Both the position numbers and the translations under genes were made by a program. A stretch of DNA of 64,000 nt from Neodothiora populina. Its lineage: Eukaryota. A model generated the notes under the pieces. It did no database searches and was not told the origin of the DNA. It saw only the letters and a program-made list of their open reading frames with translations. The stretch spans positions 1,922,001-1,986,000 of the forward strand of contig NW_027191413.1 of the NCBI RefSeq assembly GCF_041146345.1. Direction: 5' to 3'. Numbering within the stretch: position 1 is the stretch's first letter; the number at the start of each line of letters is the position of its first letter. This document shows, in pieces, positions 24,732 to 38,197 of this stretch.

Positions 24732-25060
24732 AAGGGGATGGACGGGTCAGACAGGACCGGAACCGACTCCACGTGACGGTGTCAGAGAGGCACGGAGTAC
24801 TGCAACTGCTCGCGTGCTCATCGAGTAAAGTACATATATGCGCTATAGACAGAGCGGGTATAGACTTGGTCGGCGACTCTGATAGCCGCATTGCACATGC
24901 TTGTCCATGCCTAGCAACAAGCATTCTGATGTTCACGGTTTACTGCATACCTTATACAAAATAAGGCAATGTAATTGCTTGAAATAGGTGTCTGAGATAA
25001 GGTACCTTAGCATAAAGTATGCACGGACCAAGAAATGACGCTACAGCAGAGTAATGTGAA

Positions 25061-25080
25061 GCAAAGCAAAGCAAAGCAAA
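25061..25080. repeat. (GCAAA)4 pentanucleotide repeat
   Basis: Read directly. Confidence 0.9.
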
Positions 25081-25667
25081 AACAGGTGCCAAGGACTCAG
25101 ACAGAGACAGTGGAGGAAATAAGGCAAGAGCGAGCGAGAGAGAGCTGGGCTGCGGCTGCTGCTTGTGGGGATCTGGTTTTGGTTCAACGACAGAGACAGC
25201 AGGTGCACCCTTGGCCTTGGCCCTGCCCTTGCTCGTATCCCACCCTACCTCCTACTGTTATACCATCACCGCCTTACATCAACCACCCTCGGCCATCGAC
25301 GTCGACTGCATCTTTCGATACCCCGTGACCTGCACCTCGATTTTATCGATAAGCACTGCGCGCACATAGCGATTCTACCTCTGACCGGGCTTTACTGTTG
25401 CTTCTCCCGTCAGGATCAACACTTACAGAGACAGCAACAGCGACAGCAACAGCAACAACAGCGACACGTGAGCGAAGCAGTTCACTGCATTCGTAACTTA
25501 ATCTCCAGCGAATCGACCCATTCTGTCACTCTGACTGTCCATCTGGAAGCGCCCATAGCTCGTCCTCGTGCAAGGAAGGCAGTCACTCACACGCGTGCAC
25601 ACCGTCTGTACCCCAAAAGGCAGTGACCACCCCCTCTCCACGACCACTTCCAGCATTATCATCAATC

Positions 25668-26970
25668 ATGGACACAAACATGGAAGACGTCAGCATAAAG
25701 CAGGAGCCTGCAGGCATGACGGCACCTTCAGACCCGCCGACGACCGGCACATTGGATGGGTGGATTGAGAGCTTGATGGCCTGCAAGCAACTGTCGGAGG
25801 CTGACGTTCAGAGACTCTGCGACAAGGTGCGATGTCTTGATTTTCAACCGACAGAAAAGACAAGAAAAAGCTGATCAGGATTCATCAACAACAGGCGCGC
25901 GAAGTGTTACAGGACGAATCCAACGTCCAGCCAGTGGTATGTCTTTTCCCTATTCCCCAGACCAAAAAAAAACAATTGATAAAGTGGCTGACACTGGTGT
26001 GATTCTCGCAGAAATGTCCCGTCACAGTGTGTGGAGACATTCACGGTCAATTCCACGATCTGATGGAGCTCTTCAAGATCGGTGGTCCCAACCCGGACAC
26101 CAACTACCTCTTCATGGGTGCGTGCTCTGTCTCTTGATTGACAACAAAACAAAACAATCTAACAACTTCCAGGTGATTATGTCGACCGAGGCTACTTCTC
26201 CGTCGAGACCGTCACCCTCCTCGTTGCCCTCAAGATCCGCTACCCACAACGCATCACCATCCTGCGCGGAAACCACGAGTCGCGTCAGATCACCCAGGTC
26301 TACGGTTTCTACGACGAGTGCCTGCGCAAATACGGCAACGCCAACGTCTGGAAGTTCTTCACCGATCTTTTCGACTACCTCCCTCTCACCGCCCTCATCG
26401 ACAACCAGATCTTCTGTCTGCACGGAGGTCTCTCGCCCTCGATCGACACCCTTGACAACATCCGCGCCCTTGACAGAATCCAAGAAGTGCCCCACGAGGG
26501 TCCCATGTGCGACTTGCTCTGGAGTGACCCGGATGACAGATGCGGATGGGGGATAAGCCCCAGAGGTGCCGGTTACACCTTCGGCCAGGACATCAGTGAG
26601 GCCTTCAACCACAACAACGGCTTGACGCTGGTCGCGAGAGCCCATCAGCTGGTCATGGAGGGGTACAACTGGAGTCAGGACAGAAATGTTGTCACCATCT
26701 TCTCCGGTAAGCCTTTCTTCTGCGTGATTATTCCCACCACGGTTTACGCTAACACCGGGGACAGCACCGAATTACTGCTACAGATGTGGTAACCAGGCCG
26801 CAATAATGGAGATTGATGAGCATCTGAAGTACACCTTGTAAGTGCCCCTCCTCTTTCTTTGCTATTGCTCTCGCAGCTGACATGCCACCTCTTACAGCCT
26901 ACAATTCGACCCATGCCCTCGCGCAGGAGAGCCAATGGTGTCACGTCGCACTCCCGACTACTTCCTTTAG
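25668..26970 (+). CDS. pphA: Ser/Thr protein phosphatase 2A catalytic subunit
   Basis: Exons 25668-25826, 25895-25936, 26012-26117, 26173-26706, 26765-26837, 26898-26970; [29 protein letters not shown]-terminal TPDYFL. Confidence 0.96.
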
Positions 26971-27649
26971 AATCATCGTCACCAACAAATCCATCAATGA
27001 CATTACATGCATCATATATGCCTCTGCGCTTTCTTCCTTAACCACCACTTTCGACACTCCAAGGCGCGAAACACGATAGTTGTACACTTATACCTATCAC
27101 TTCTTGCCTCTGTTCCGTGGTCCTCTCTTTCCTGTTTCTTACACCGAAACAGTCATCGCATAGAAAAGGACGATCAATGCAAACCTTGGCTCCTTTTTTT
27201 CTCTCGGCTTCCTTATATGTTTTCTCTCCTTTCTTTTGTCCGCGGCTGTTTCGAGGTTCATCTGTGCTTAGCTCATGTGTCATGTCATGGCCCGTAAAGT
27301 TCCTGTCTGATTACGCTCTGGCTATGGTGACACGATCGCATAAACACCGTGCACGAGAATGACTCGGAATGTACGGAAAAACGACAAGAGGACTACATTG
27401 CAGGATCGATACTCGTGATCTCCGTAAGAAAGCACCTCTCATCATCTGCTGAGATTCGTGACCTTGCGCCCCTATATACATGCCTTTACATGATCAATCG
27501 CCGACCCAACGCCTCGCTGTTGTTATTCCTCAAGTACCAAAATGTACAGAAGGACCATCAATTCTCCTCCCTTGCCTTTGCCCATGTTCCTTTCGTAGAC
27601 ACCAAGATGAAGCTAAAAAGAGAAAACCCAAAAAGAGGAAAACAGAAGA

Positions 27650-29681
27650 CTACCAATTCCAAGTCCTGCTCGAAGCAGTGAAAACAGGAGGCTTCCATTG
27701 CAAGCGATCCGGATCGATGACTCTCTTGCCCTTTACTTTCTCTTTTTCTTTCTGTCGCTCTCTTTGCTCGATGATGGCGTCTGTCAGCACTATGACGTGG
27801 TGGTTTTTCTGCTCTTTCGTTAGTCTTTCATTACACTTGTTTGTTGTTCTTGGGGAAAAAAGGAAAACACACAGAATAACGCAGCATGTTGAGATTCTGC
27901 AGCGTATGCAGCACATCATTCGTCGTCATCGCGCTAGCGGCTCCGATCTCCTCGACCGACACCTCGCCCTTCATCTCCATGAGAAGATCCACGATCGTCT
28001 CCTGCCAGAAGGCGCGGTAGCCGAGCAGTCCCAGATCACTGAGGGGTTTCTCGGGACTGCCGAGCTTGCCTTCGCGTTTGGACAACTCGTACGAAAAGGC
28101 GATCAGTAGTCGGCCGTAGCCCTTTCGCTGGTATTGCGGCAGCGTCAGGATACAAGCCACGTTGTAGCCCTCGGCGGACTCCTTTTCTTTCGAGAAGTAG
28201 CCCACGAGATGGTGGCCGTGTTCGTCGCGCACAGTCATGCAGTAGAAGAGAAACGGGTCGACGTCGTAGTAGAGCGTCTTGTGGTCGAGGAAGAGTTTAC
28301 TGATCAGACACAGGTTGCGACACCAGGTGCGCTGGCGACGGCCGTCGATTTCGAAAAACGACACGTTCTCGTCGCGGTAGATCTCGTTGCCCGGCGGGTG
28401 CTGCAGTGTGCATTTGCCTCTGTGTCGGTGGAAGGATCGCTCGGAGCCAAAGTACAGAAGACACATTTCGCAGATGTACACGATGTCGCAGTCCGTGAAG
28501 TCGATTGGGTAGGGCGAGAAGTACCACGGCTCGAACTCGAAGGCGCCCATCTGCACGCGCTCGAGGTTGCGCACTCGGCTGATCTCTGTTTGGTTCTGCG
28601 TCATCGAGCCGCCGGTGCGCAGTTTTTCGATTTCTTCTTCGCGCGAGTAGAGATGGTCGGGTTTTGCTTTTGCCGAGGCCGCGGCGTCTTGCATATCTAT
28701 TAGGTCGACGGTCGTGTCATTGTCTTGCAGCATGTCGGTCTTGCCGCCGCTGAAGGAGTGGACGTCTGGTTGAGGGGTGCTGCCGTCGGGCATTGTCTCT
28801 GTGGCTACGAATGCTACAGAGGGCGATCCTGCGTCTTTGCCGCCGACAGGAATAGTAGCTCCTGGTGTTGCCACGGACGGCTGTCTCGTCGCCGTTCCTG
28901 CCCCGGTCTTGGACGCCTGTGAGGTATCTGTCGGCGTGGCGGATACTTCCCTCATACTCGACGCTCGCGATCGTTTGGACGCTTTGTTGGCCTTTGACGT
29001 CTGAGTCTTGCTCTGTGCCGTTTTCTTGGTTTTGGTATCTGGTTTCTCGGGTGCTGGCCATTCCACTTCTCGCGTCAGGTCTAGTCGTTCTGCTTGCACC
29101 CATTCGTCCAGACGTTTGTTGAACTCTTCGTAGTGCACGTAGAACGTCGGTCTTCCCTTGCGTGTCTGGATAGACAGGATCTCTGCTCTGCGCGTTTCTC
29201 CATCCTGTTCGCGGACTGGTTGTTAGATTTTGGTTTTGTCACGATTACACTGCGATGTCTGTAATGATTTTTCTTCCTTCTCTGACGACGACAAGAGCGC
29301 TGTAAAAAGAAGGCAAAAGGCGTTTGGCAAACGAATGTTCATTCGTACTTCTCACTTGCTCTGGGTTTTTTCAGGTGTCCTTTATTCTTACAAAAACAGA
29401 CGATCCGATTCTTGACAGAAAAACAGAAAGAGGAAAGAAATAGAAACACTTGCCTTTTCGACCCAAGCCTTGACACCAACCCTATAAAAAAGCATCAGCA
29501 TGTCTGTACTATATCATACCAACTCCCTCCCCCCCCAAAAAAGTCCACCTTTCGATCGCATATCACTTCGCGACCCCCAACTACAACAAACGAACATGTG
29601 CAGAACAACATACCTCAGCGTCGCCAGCGTGGCGAATCCCATCTCGCCTTTTTCCTCGTCTTTCTTATCATGGCCTCCCAT
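27650..29681 (-). CDS. ESA1: MYST histone acetyltransferase, NuA4 catalytic subunit
   Basis: Exons 29681-29614, 29481-29454, 29204-27873, 27808-27650; chromodomain [32 protein letters not shown]; ends SRTWNW. Confidence 0.95.
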
Positions 29682-30283
29682 GATGATTATTTCTTTTTTC
29701 TTTTTTGGTTTCGGGCTTGGTTTATGTTATTGTACGATTATTGTTCTATAATTATCTTGCTCGCGGGGTCGCACTTAGCAACTATTTTTCGATAGTTTTA
29801 CGGTAAAACTTTCGATGGATTTGATGGATCTGTCTTGGTCACGATGATGGGCGCGTTGTGCTCGTCTTCTGGATTTATTTGCGGAAGCAGATGGTTGCGG
29901 GCTGGCGTCGCGATGTTGCTCCGGCGAGGCGGGGTGGTGGTGGTAGTTGTGTAAGGCACGAAGGCGTGTTTCCCGCACGGGACGGATTGCCACTGCGTGT
30001 TATGAGTCAAGATCTGCAGCGGGGACCCTTGAGCGCGACTCAGGGAATGACTGAGCCAAGCTTTCATCATTGTTTACATCTTGTCCCTCAGTTGCTCCGC
30101 CGAGTTTGTTTTTGTGCCTTTGTGCCTTTGGGACTTGGTTGCATTCTTGTATAACCGTCTTTAAGTCATTGCCTTTTAGTCATACAATATCTGCAGTATA
30201 CATTCAGAGCAGAAGTTATCTTCTCCACACGTCTTGGACTGCGTATAGGAAGAATTTCCAGTGATTGTTTACGACAGTCCATC

Positions 30284-31914
30284 ATGGCATACAGTGGGCG
30301 CATGAGCATGGCGCGCAGCAGCTCGCAACAACAGCAGAGTCAACAACCGCGCACTCGCAAGGAAGAACCTGAAGACGCATTCATGACACTTGTATGTTGC
30401 ATAATATCTTGAATCCCTGAACTCTAGCCAGACTTTTACATGGTCTTAGCCAAAAGACTAACAAGCCATCTTCCTTCGCAGCCCGACCGTGAGATCGCAG
30501 GATGTATCACGGATATAGGAATCAGCTTCTCCATTAAAGACTTACAGAAACCCAATCCTCAGCAGATCCAGAAAGTCTTCGAGTGGTTCGCGGAGCTGCT
30601 CATGAACACTACCCGAGAGGTGGTGGCGCCTGCGATGAGGGCTGCCGCCGAGGATCTCTGCGGCGACGACATGGACAGGATCTTCACCGCTGACACTCGC
30701 GAGCTGATGGGGTTCTTCGTCATGTTGCGACGACTGTTGATAGAGGTGAGCATTGCCAGACTTGCTCGTCGGAAATGTATTGTCGCTGACTTTCGCTTTT
30801 CTTCTCACTACAGTGCGGAGTCAAGGACTTTACCTTCCAGGACCTTTACAAGCCCACCCACCCCCGGCTGGTTAAGATCTTTAGTTACATTATCAATTTC
30901 ATCCGTTTCCGCGAATCGCAGACCCCAGTCATCGACCAGCACTTCCACAGCGCCGAGCGAACAAAGGCGCGCATCGAGGAGCTTTATGCTGCCAACCAGG
31001 AAAAAGAAGAACAGCTCCAGGAGATGCAGCGCAACCGGAAGAACGTCGAGCAGGCCATGCGGGACAAGGAAAAGCGAAACAGCGAGCTCAAGACCCGATT
31101 GCTCGAGTTGAAAAAGGGCCAGGAAAAAGTCGCGGAAAAACTGGAACGAGTCAAAGGCGAGCAGACTAGACTCAAGGCTGTGTTGGAAGACACGAACACC
31201 CAGGCGATGAACGTGCGCAAGGAAGCCGACAAATTACGACCCTACACTCAACAGAGTCCTGCTGTCCTAGAACAGAGCTTGAGAGAGCTGAACGGTAGTC
31301 TCATGAACGACAAGTCCGAAATGGAAAGACTTGACCGACGAGCACGTGCGCTGCAAACGAGCGCAGACACGTTTTGCCTGCTCATTGGCGACGTCACGGG
31401 CCTGACAAGACTACTGGGAGACCTGCAAGCCGAGCTGAGCAAAGAGGAAGAAGAGGCGGTGAGAGCGAGCAAGAACAAGGATGCTCTGTCCGAGCGCTCC
31501 AACAACGTGCGCGATGTCGAACGGCAGGAGCGCTTGTTGCAGAAGCAGCTCAGCAACATGCAGGATAGGACGGAGAAGTTGCGCAAAGGCGCCGAGGCAA
31601 AGGCGGAAGAGGCCAAACGCAACATGGAGAGTCTCAAGCAGACGCATGGCGAGCTCGCTGCTGAGCGACGGAAGCGAGGAGAGGAGGTCGAGAGACGACG
31701 AATCAGGATCGAGCAGACCGAGAAGAAGGTGAGTCTCCTGTTGTGGAGCCCTTGAGTCCATTGTCTACGAACCAAGCCACTGACACGCATATCACAGATG
31801 GCCGATCTAAAGGAGAACATCGAAAACGAAGTCCAGAGCGCAAGGGAAGAGTACATGAAGATGGAATCCCACGTCAAGCTCTATGTCACGGAAATGGAGC
31901 AAAGCTTGGTCTGA
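30284..31914 (+). CDS. NUF2: Kinetochore Ndc80-complex subunit Nuf2
   Basis: Exons 30284-30391, 30482-30745, 30814-31728, 31798-31914; [30 protein letters not shown] followed by long coiled coil. Confidence 0.93.
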
Positions 31915-32112
31915 GTTGGAGATTATTCGACTGTCGTTTTCTGGTTTTCTTGGTTTTTTTACGAGGCAGATGTTGATACCCCTGGGTCAGGCGCAATTTG
32001 TCATTTGGTCTTCGTTTTTACTGTCTTGTCGGCGTTTTATGTATAAATGATGGACCGCAAACTTCATCTCTCCGCGATCCGTGAGAATTGACGCTTTCGA
32101 GCGATGATGTCT

Positions 32113-33003
32113 TCACCGAACTTCCACTACTGAGGTCTCCTCTAGCCGAACGAATGTGCACCACCTCTGAGCCACTTGTCTGATGCTTACGGTCCTCCCC
32201 GCCCAGCCGCGGTCGCCCACGCCGAAAGTCTTGGTTGTGACATTGAGCATTGAGAGCTGCTCGTCCCAGGGACTACTGACATGCTCATGAGGCTGACTAG
32301 CCCTGTCACGCGATTTGTGCTCGTGGTCAGAATCATACATCGGTCGATCCTCTTCTTCATCATCATAGTCATTCGCAACATTCGTAGACGGCTGCTCGGG
32401 AGCCTCGACCAGAACCAATTGTTGCCCGAGCAGATAGGCAGTCTCGACAGCGGAAGCAAAAGTGCGATTGAAGCCCTGAGCCGAGTAGGAGGAGGTAGGC
32501 TTGTGCAGACGGATGGGATTCAATATCGCTAGGATTGGTCGTCTTTTGATATGCCTGTCGAAGCCATCGTTGCCACCACTTTGTTGTTGTCCTCGCGCGA
32601 CATGTGGGGAAGCGCTGTCGTCATGATTGATATGTCTGTAGGGCAGAGAAGCAAGGAGAGCGAGCAAGTGGGTCAGGTCGGGACAGAACGAGACTTTGAC
32701 AGTCTGCGAAGTGGCAAGAAACCTGAGAGTCGGCTGTAGCAACATGGTGGATGTTTTGAGCTGTTCTTGCTCTACCGTCTGACCCTGGTTGTTCCCCGTT
32801 TGTTCACTGTCCACTGTTCCTTGATCCTCTGGAGCAGGACTAGACGGAGGGTTCATCTCGGTGATCATCTCACGCAAGAAATCATCTCGGGTAGAACAGA
32901 TGATCAAATGTGTCGGCGCAGCATGTTGTTGCATGACATATTGAAGAAAGCTCGACGTCGTGATGCCCTCCAGTACGAGTGGAAGTGAATTAGCTGTGCG
33001 CAT
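32113..33003 (-). CDS. Hypothetical protein, possible degenerate RecA-like fold
   Basis: 296-aa intronless ORF with alternating hydrophobic strands and helices separated by low-complexity loops. Confidence 0.78.
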   Translation of the reverse strand: MRTANSLPLVLEGITTSSFLQYVMQQHAAPTHLIICSTRDDFLREMITEMNPPSSPAPEDQGTVDSEQTGNNQGQTVEQEQLKTSTMLLQPTLRFLATSQTVKVSFCPDLTHLLALLASLPYRHINHDDSASPHVARGQQQSGGNDGFDRHIKRRPILAILNPIRLHKPTSSYSAQGFNRTFASAVETAYLLGQQLVLVEAPEQPSTNVANDYDDEEEDRPMYDSDHEHKSRDRASQPHEHVSSPWDEQLSMLNVTTKTFGVGDRGWAGRTVSIRQVAQRWCTFVRLEETSVVEVR

Positions 33004-33430
33004 ACTTTTGCTATCACCACCCTCTTCTCGTGTCCGCCTCGAAGTGAATTATATGTCTGTGCCTCGTCATACCGAAGCTACGATGAATATTTGTCTTGAT
33101 TGTGCACTGTCGTTGATGCAAAACGATGATTGTGTGCAATATAGAAAACAGAGATGTGAAGATTGATTGTGGAAGTCCTCGCTCTGCTGTCCCATGTGAT
33201 CCACGACTGTCAATTGGTTTACAGTAGAGACGTTGGCATACAGCACGAAGATATGGTATCCAATCAATAGTGGATGGAAACGGTGACGTTGACGGTCAGG
33301 CACAGGCTACAAGCGCAATTGCCCGCCAAACTTCATCCCCGCCAAACGCCAACCTTATGCTTTAAACAGCAGCTGCCACTTGAACATCATCACCACAATT
33401 ACGCGCAGGAAGGAGTGAAGAGCGGGCAGA

Positions 33431-36080
33431 ATGGAGTCGATATCGAGGATCTCTAGTATGCTGGAAACAGGTAATTGGACCATGAGCGAGCATATAATAA
33501 CCAAAGAACCACCAAGCTGATATACTCCCCATAGCGCGAGACCTGACTCTAGAGGCTGCTCGGGATGCAGGAGCAGCGTCGCGAAGGTCGACGACTCGAC
33601 AGATGCCGGCTTCACAGATCAAGAAGTTGCTGGACAGTAGGAATGAAAGAGATGTGCTGGAGGGACTGCGCAGGGTCGTTGCCGTATGCCACACTTTTCA
33701 TCTCACATAATTGTCGCCAGTCACATGATCCGGTCTTAACCATGCTCCCTAACAGATGCAATACACCTCGCCGCTGTCCGTGACGCTCCCATTCTTTCCT
33801 TCTGTCCTCAAGACTCTCTCGAACCAGACATCTTCGACTCGACCGCTCGTCTACACATACTTGTTACACCATGCCGAAGCCGATCCCGACACAGCTCTGC
33901 TCTCGGTCAACACCATCCAGAAGTCACTCTCGGATTCGAATTCCCGGGTGCGGGCGATGGCGCTCAAGACCATGTCAGGAATCCGCGTCCCGGTCATCAG
34001 TCAAATTGTGTCGCTCGCCATCAAGAAAGGCGTTGCCGACATGAGCCCGGTGGTGAGGAAAGCCGCCGCCTTTGCCTGCGTCAAGTGTGTCAAGCTGGAT
34101 CCTTCGACTCTTCCGCAGATCACCGAGTTCATCTCGACTTTACTCGGAGACAAGCAATACTACGTTGCGGGGGGTGCCGTGGCTGCTTTCAATGAAATCT
34201 GTCCCGACCGCTTGGATCTGATCCATCCGCATTACAGGAGTTTGGTTAAGAAACTGGTCGACATGGACGAGTGGGGACAATTGGCGACGTTGCGACTGAT
34301 GACGGTCTATGCCAGGAAGTCGTTTCCTCTCACGACGCGGCGAGTCAAGAGATCAAAGTCCAAGGCAGACAAGGAGAAGGCGTTTTATGATGAGGAGGTC
34401 GAAGAGGACGAAGAGGCCGAGTACGATGAAGTTGCATATATTGACCCGGATCTGGATCTCTTTCTCTCATCTGCTCTGCCGCTCTTGCAATCTCGCACTT
34501 CTGCTGTTGTCGTTGCCGTCGCAAGAGCGTATCTCTATCTCGCACCTGCACACTATCTACACCACGCCATTGGGCCCTTGACAGCCCTGCTCCGTGGGCC
34601 TCCCGACATCAATCAGATCGGCCTTTACAACATTGTCCAGATATGCCTGGACTACCCTCACCACTTCGTTCCCTACTTCCGCCACTTCCTTCTGCGGAGC
34701 AATGAAGGCCCTCAGACCTGGCGTCTGAAGCTAGAAGTGCTCACGCTTATCTTCCCATACAGCGCCCCGGACACCCAAGGACTTATCCTTACTGAAATGG
34801 AGCACTTCTCGTGCGTCCATGATCCCGCACTCGTTCGAGAATCCGTGCGCGCCATCGGTCGCTGCGCTCAGAGCTCTGATACGAGGACGGGCACACGTTG
34901 CCTGCGCCTGCTATTGCGTCAGATCCACAGCCCGGATCAGCATCTCGTCGCCGAGTCCCTGAAAGTCATCCGTCACCTCATCCAGAGGGAGCCGCTTGCA
35001 CACACCAAGACAGTCATCAGACTCGCCAAGAATCTCGACACGCTGACGAGTCCCGCTGCACGCGCCAGCGTCATCTGGCTGGTCGGCGAGTTCGCGGGCT
35101 ACTCACAAGACCAAAGCATCGCACCGGATGTCTTGCGTATTCTTGTGCGTGGCTATGTGAATGAGAGCGACGAAGTGCGCCAGCAAATCGTTCTGCTAGC
35201 AGCGAAAGTCTACCTACACTGGCTGAACGCCGAGAACGCAACCAAGAAGGAGAACGAGGAGAAAAGCCCACCTGCAACGCTACAGCGCAACCACAGCTCT
35301 TCAGTATTAATCCCGGACGAAGAAGAATCCGGCGGCTTCAGAGACGACAACGACAACGACACCGACATGTATCACCCTCCGGCGGCTCAAGAAGCGCAAG
35401 AAACGCCAAGCACCATCTCACTCCTGTACCACCACACCCTCCTCCTAGCACGCTACACGCCATCCTACGACCTACGCGATCGAGCTCGTCTCTTCAAACA
35501 ACTCCTCGCCGTCTCCTCGTCAACAGAACTAGCATCCCTGCTGCTCCTCGCACCAAAACCCGTACCACAAGCGCCCAGCCCGAGCGAAAGCCGCAAGAAC
35601 TACGTCCTGGGCACCGCCTCGCTGATTGTCGGAGACGAAGGCGGAATCGCCGGGTTGAGCGGCTACGAGCCCTTGCCCGACTGGGTCGAGGAAGGCCAAG
35701 AGCCGGATCCAAGGCTCAGAGAGGAGGTCGGCGATGGATACAGAGGTGGAAGAGGTAGTGGGTATGCGTCCCCCGCTGGCGCTAGTAGGGGCGCCATGTC
35801 CGCTGGGAAAATGCTCGACGAGGCGCTCAAGGGCGATCCGGGGTATAAAGCTGCCGTTTCCTCTGCTCCGGCCAAGGAGAAGACGCTGGATGATTGGTTG
35901 GATGAAGAAGACGAGACGGAAACAGAGACCGAGACCGAAGGAGAAACTGATGAGGAAAGTGATGAGGAAGAAGAAGAGACAGACGAGGAGGATGGGTCAG
36001 AAGAGGAAGAGACAGACGAGGAAGAAGAGAGTGAAAGTGAAAGCAGCGACGGCGATGAGAAGTCGCGCTTGGTCGGATAG
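33431..36080 (+). CDS. APL6: AP-3 adaptor complex beta subunit
   Basis: Exons 33431-33470, 33535-33683, 33756-36080; MESISRISSMLET start, ALLSVNTIQKSL, DMDEWGQ, YDLRDRAR, acidic C-terminal tract. Confidence 0.93.
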
Positions 36081-36399
36081 GCATATGAAAATATCAACAT
36101 GAAAGATACCCACTTTACTTTACTGTCTTCTCGAGACAGTGAAACTTTCCAGTTCTTTTGCCCAGGTTGTTTCGAGCTTCCATTCTGCTGCACTCTTCGC
36201 AGGTGAAGTACGGCATCATCCATTTTGAGAAACAGGAGAAACTCACAAAAACCACAGCGACATTTCTAACATGGACTGCACCAGGTTCTCGTCAATTGTC
36301 ATCATAAAACAGAAAGAAACCATCGTCAGATAAAATCTACTCTATAATTATGCATTCAGTCCATAGCTTCATGTCCTTTCGACATCAGAAGAAAACCCC

Positions 36400-37511
36400 T
36401 CAGTAGCTGAACTTGAAGCCACCGTTGGCGCAGACGACACTTCCCGTGCACCAGGCACTCTCCGCAGAGCACAGCATGCCGATGACGCCAGCGATTTCAT
36501 AGTCGTAAGCCTTTCCACCTAGTCAGTAACAGAAACCGGAACACTTATAGCCAGAGCATCAGAGAGGAAAAGAAAAAGGAAAAACTCACAGGTCTCCCGC
36601 CATTCTTCTCCTTGTCCCTAACGAACACCTCACTGTCGACATCATCTCTGACAGCGGCAAGCGGCGTGTTACGCATATAATAGCCCATGCGCGTCTGGAA
36701 CTCCTCCGTAGTGCCACCGTACATATCCGTCGCGACGGGACCGGGGTTGACAGAGTTAACAGTGGCGCGCTCGGCGAGCTCGCGCGCCCACGTGCGCGTC
36801 ATGGCGTCCAGCGCGGCTTTGGTCGCGCCGTAGACGCTCTGGTCATGGAAGCCTAGGTCCGCCGACACCGAGGACATGTTGACGATGCGGCCGGAGCGGT
36901 CGTGAGGAAGATACGGCAGCGCGGCTTGCATGAGGAGCATGGGCCCGCGCACGTTGACGTTGAACATTCATGCGAAGACGTCGGGCGTGATGGATTCGAT
37001 GGGCCCCGTCTTCGCCACGCCCGCGTTGTTGATTATGATGTCCAGTTGCAACTTGCGCGTCTTCGGGTGTGCGAAGTGGTTCAGTGCTGTGGAGATTATG
37101 TGCGCTGGTCCGTTCTCGGTTCCCATGTCTGCTTGTACCGGCAGGGCTTTGATGCCGTGGGTGCTCTCGAGGCGGCTGGCGAACTCGGCGGTTTTGGCTG
37201 TCGAGTTGTCGCTCGTGTAATTGATCAAGAGGGAACAGCCTTTGGCTGCTAGGTTCTCGCACACTGCTTTCCCGATTCCTGTGATGTTTTTCTGTAAGAG
37301 CCTTTGTTTCCTTGTCCGTACCTGTCACGGACTGGGATGGCATGGAGATATACGCCACTCGCACTCTAGTTGGTCGTTCTTTCGGTGAAAGTGATTACAT
37401 ACCTCTAGAGCCACCAGTGACAAGAGCCACTTTTCCCTCGAGAGACCTTTGAGCTCCAGCGCCACTGACCAGGTTGGTCGAAGCCGAACGAGCAGGAGCA
37501 GGACGAGACAT
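36400..37511 (-). pseudogene. Short-chain dehydrogenase/reductase interrupted by one in-frame TGA
   Basis: Exons 37511-37403, 37278-36590, 36510-36400; TGGSRGIG, INNAG, YGATK, VNPG intact; TGA at 36970-36968 in DVFA*MFNVNV. Confidence 0.75.
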
Positions 37512-38197
37512 TGTTTACGACACAGGAAAGATCGAGGTCAAGTTTCGGCCAAAGGACTAAATGGTGATTGGGCAGAAGACAACTCCGAGAAGGTGAGATG
37601 ATACAAGTGAGTAAAGAGACAGAAGAGAAAGGCAAGACTACCTTAACGACACAAGAAATGTGCAGCACCTGCGTTGCTTACTCACTGTCGAGTGGACACC
37701 CCTACGTATGTTTCCATCTAGCTGCCGTGCTAGCGACGCAGGCAAGGCGGGGTGGTGGGGCAAGTCGCTACTCGAGCTGGCTGAAGGCACCCTTGATCGC
37801 CATGATAACTCGGCTGAAATCTGGTGATAAGACTCTTCGAGTTTTACTAATCACGGCCTCTACAGTACAGTGTGGACGGCTTTGTAATACGCAGTTTCAA
37901 TCAAGACACTGGCGGTGTGGGGATCGAGAACATTTACTGGTGCGTCGGAGCCGGGAAGTTTGGACGAGAGGTATCAATCTGTATTGCTGCAGAATTGATG
38001 ATGGTCTGAGACACGACTTAATCTTGACAGCCGTCAAGACATGCGAGGACCCTACTGCAAAGTGCGATTATTCACTTCATCACATACACTTGACAGGACT
38101 ACCCACAAGGAGATATGCGGTTCTTACATACATGAATAGAAAGTCAAATCGCTGATTGTAGTCTGATCGGTGACGAACGTAACTCGTATGTTGGTTT

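Noticed and set aside
36968..36970. Selenocysteine or RIP explanation for the SDR UGA
   Set aside because: Dikarya lack Sec machinery and the position is not a catalytic Cys; the likely source codons (TGG, CGA) are not CpA-context changes and the gene shows no RIP-like decay
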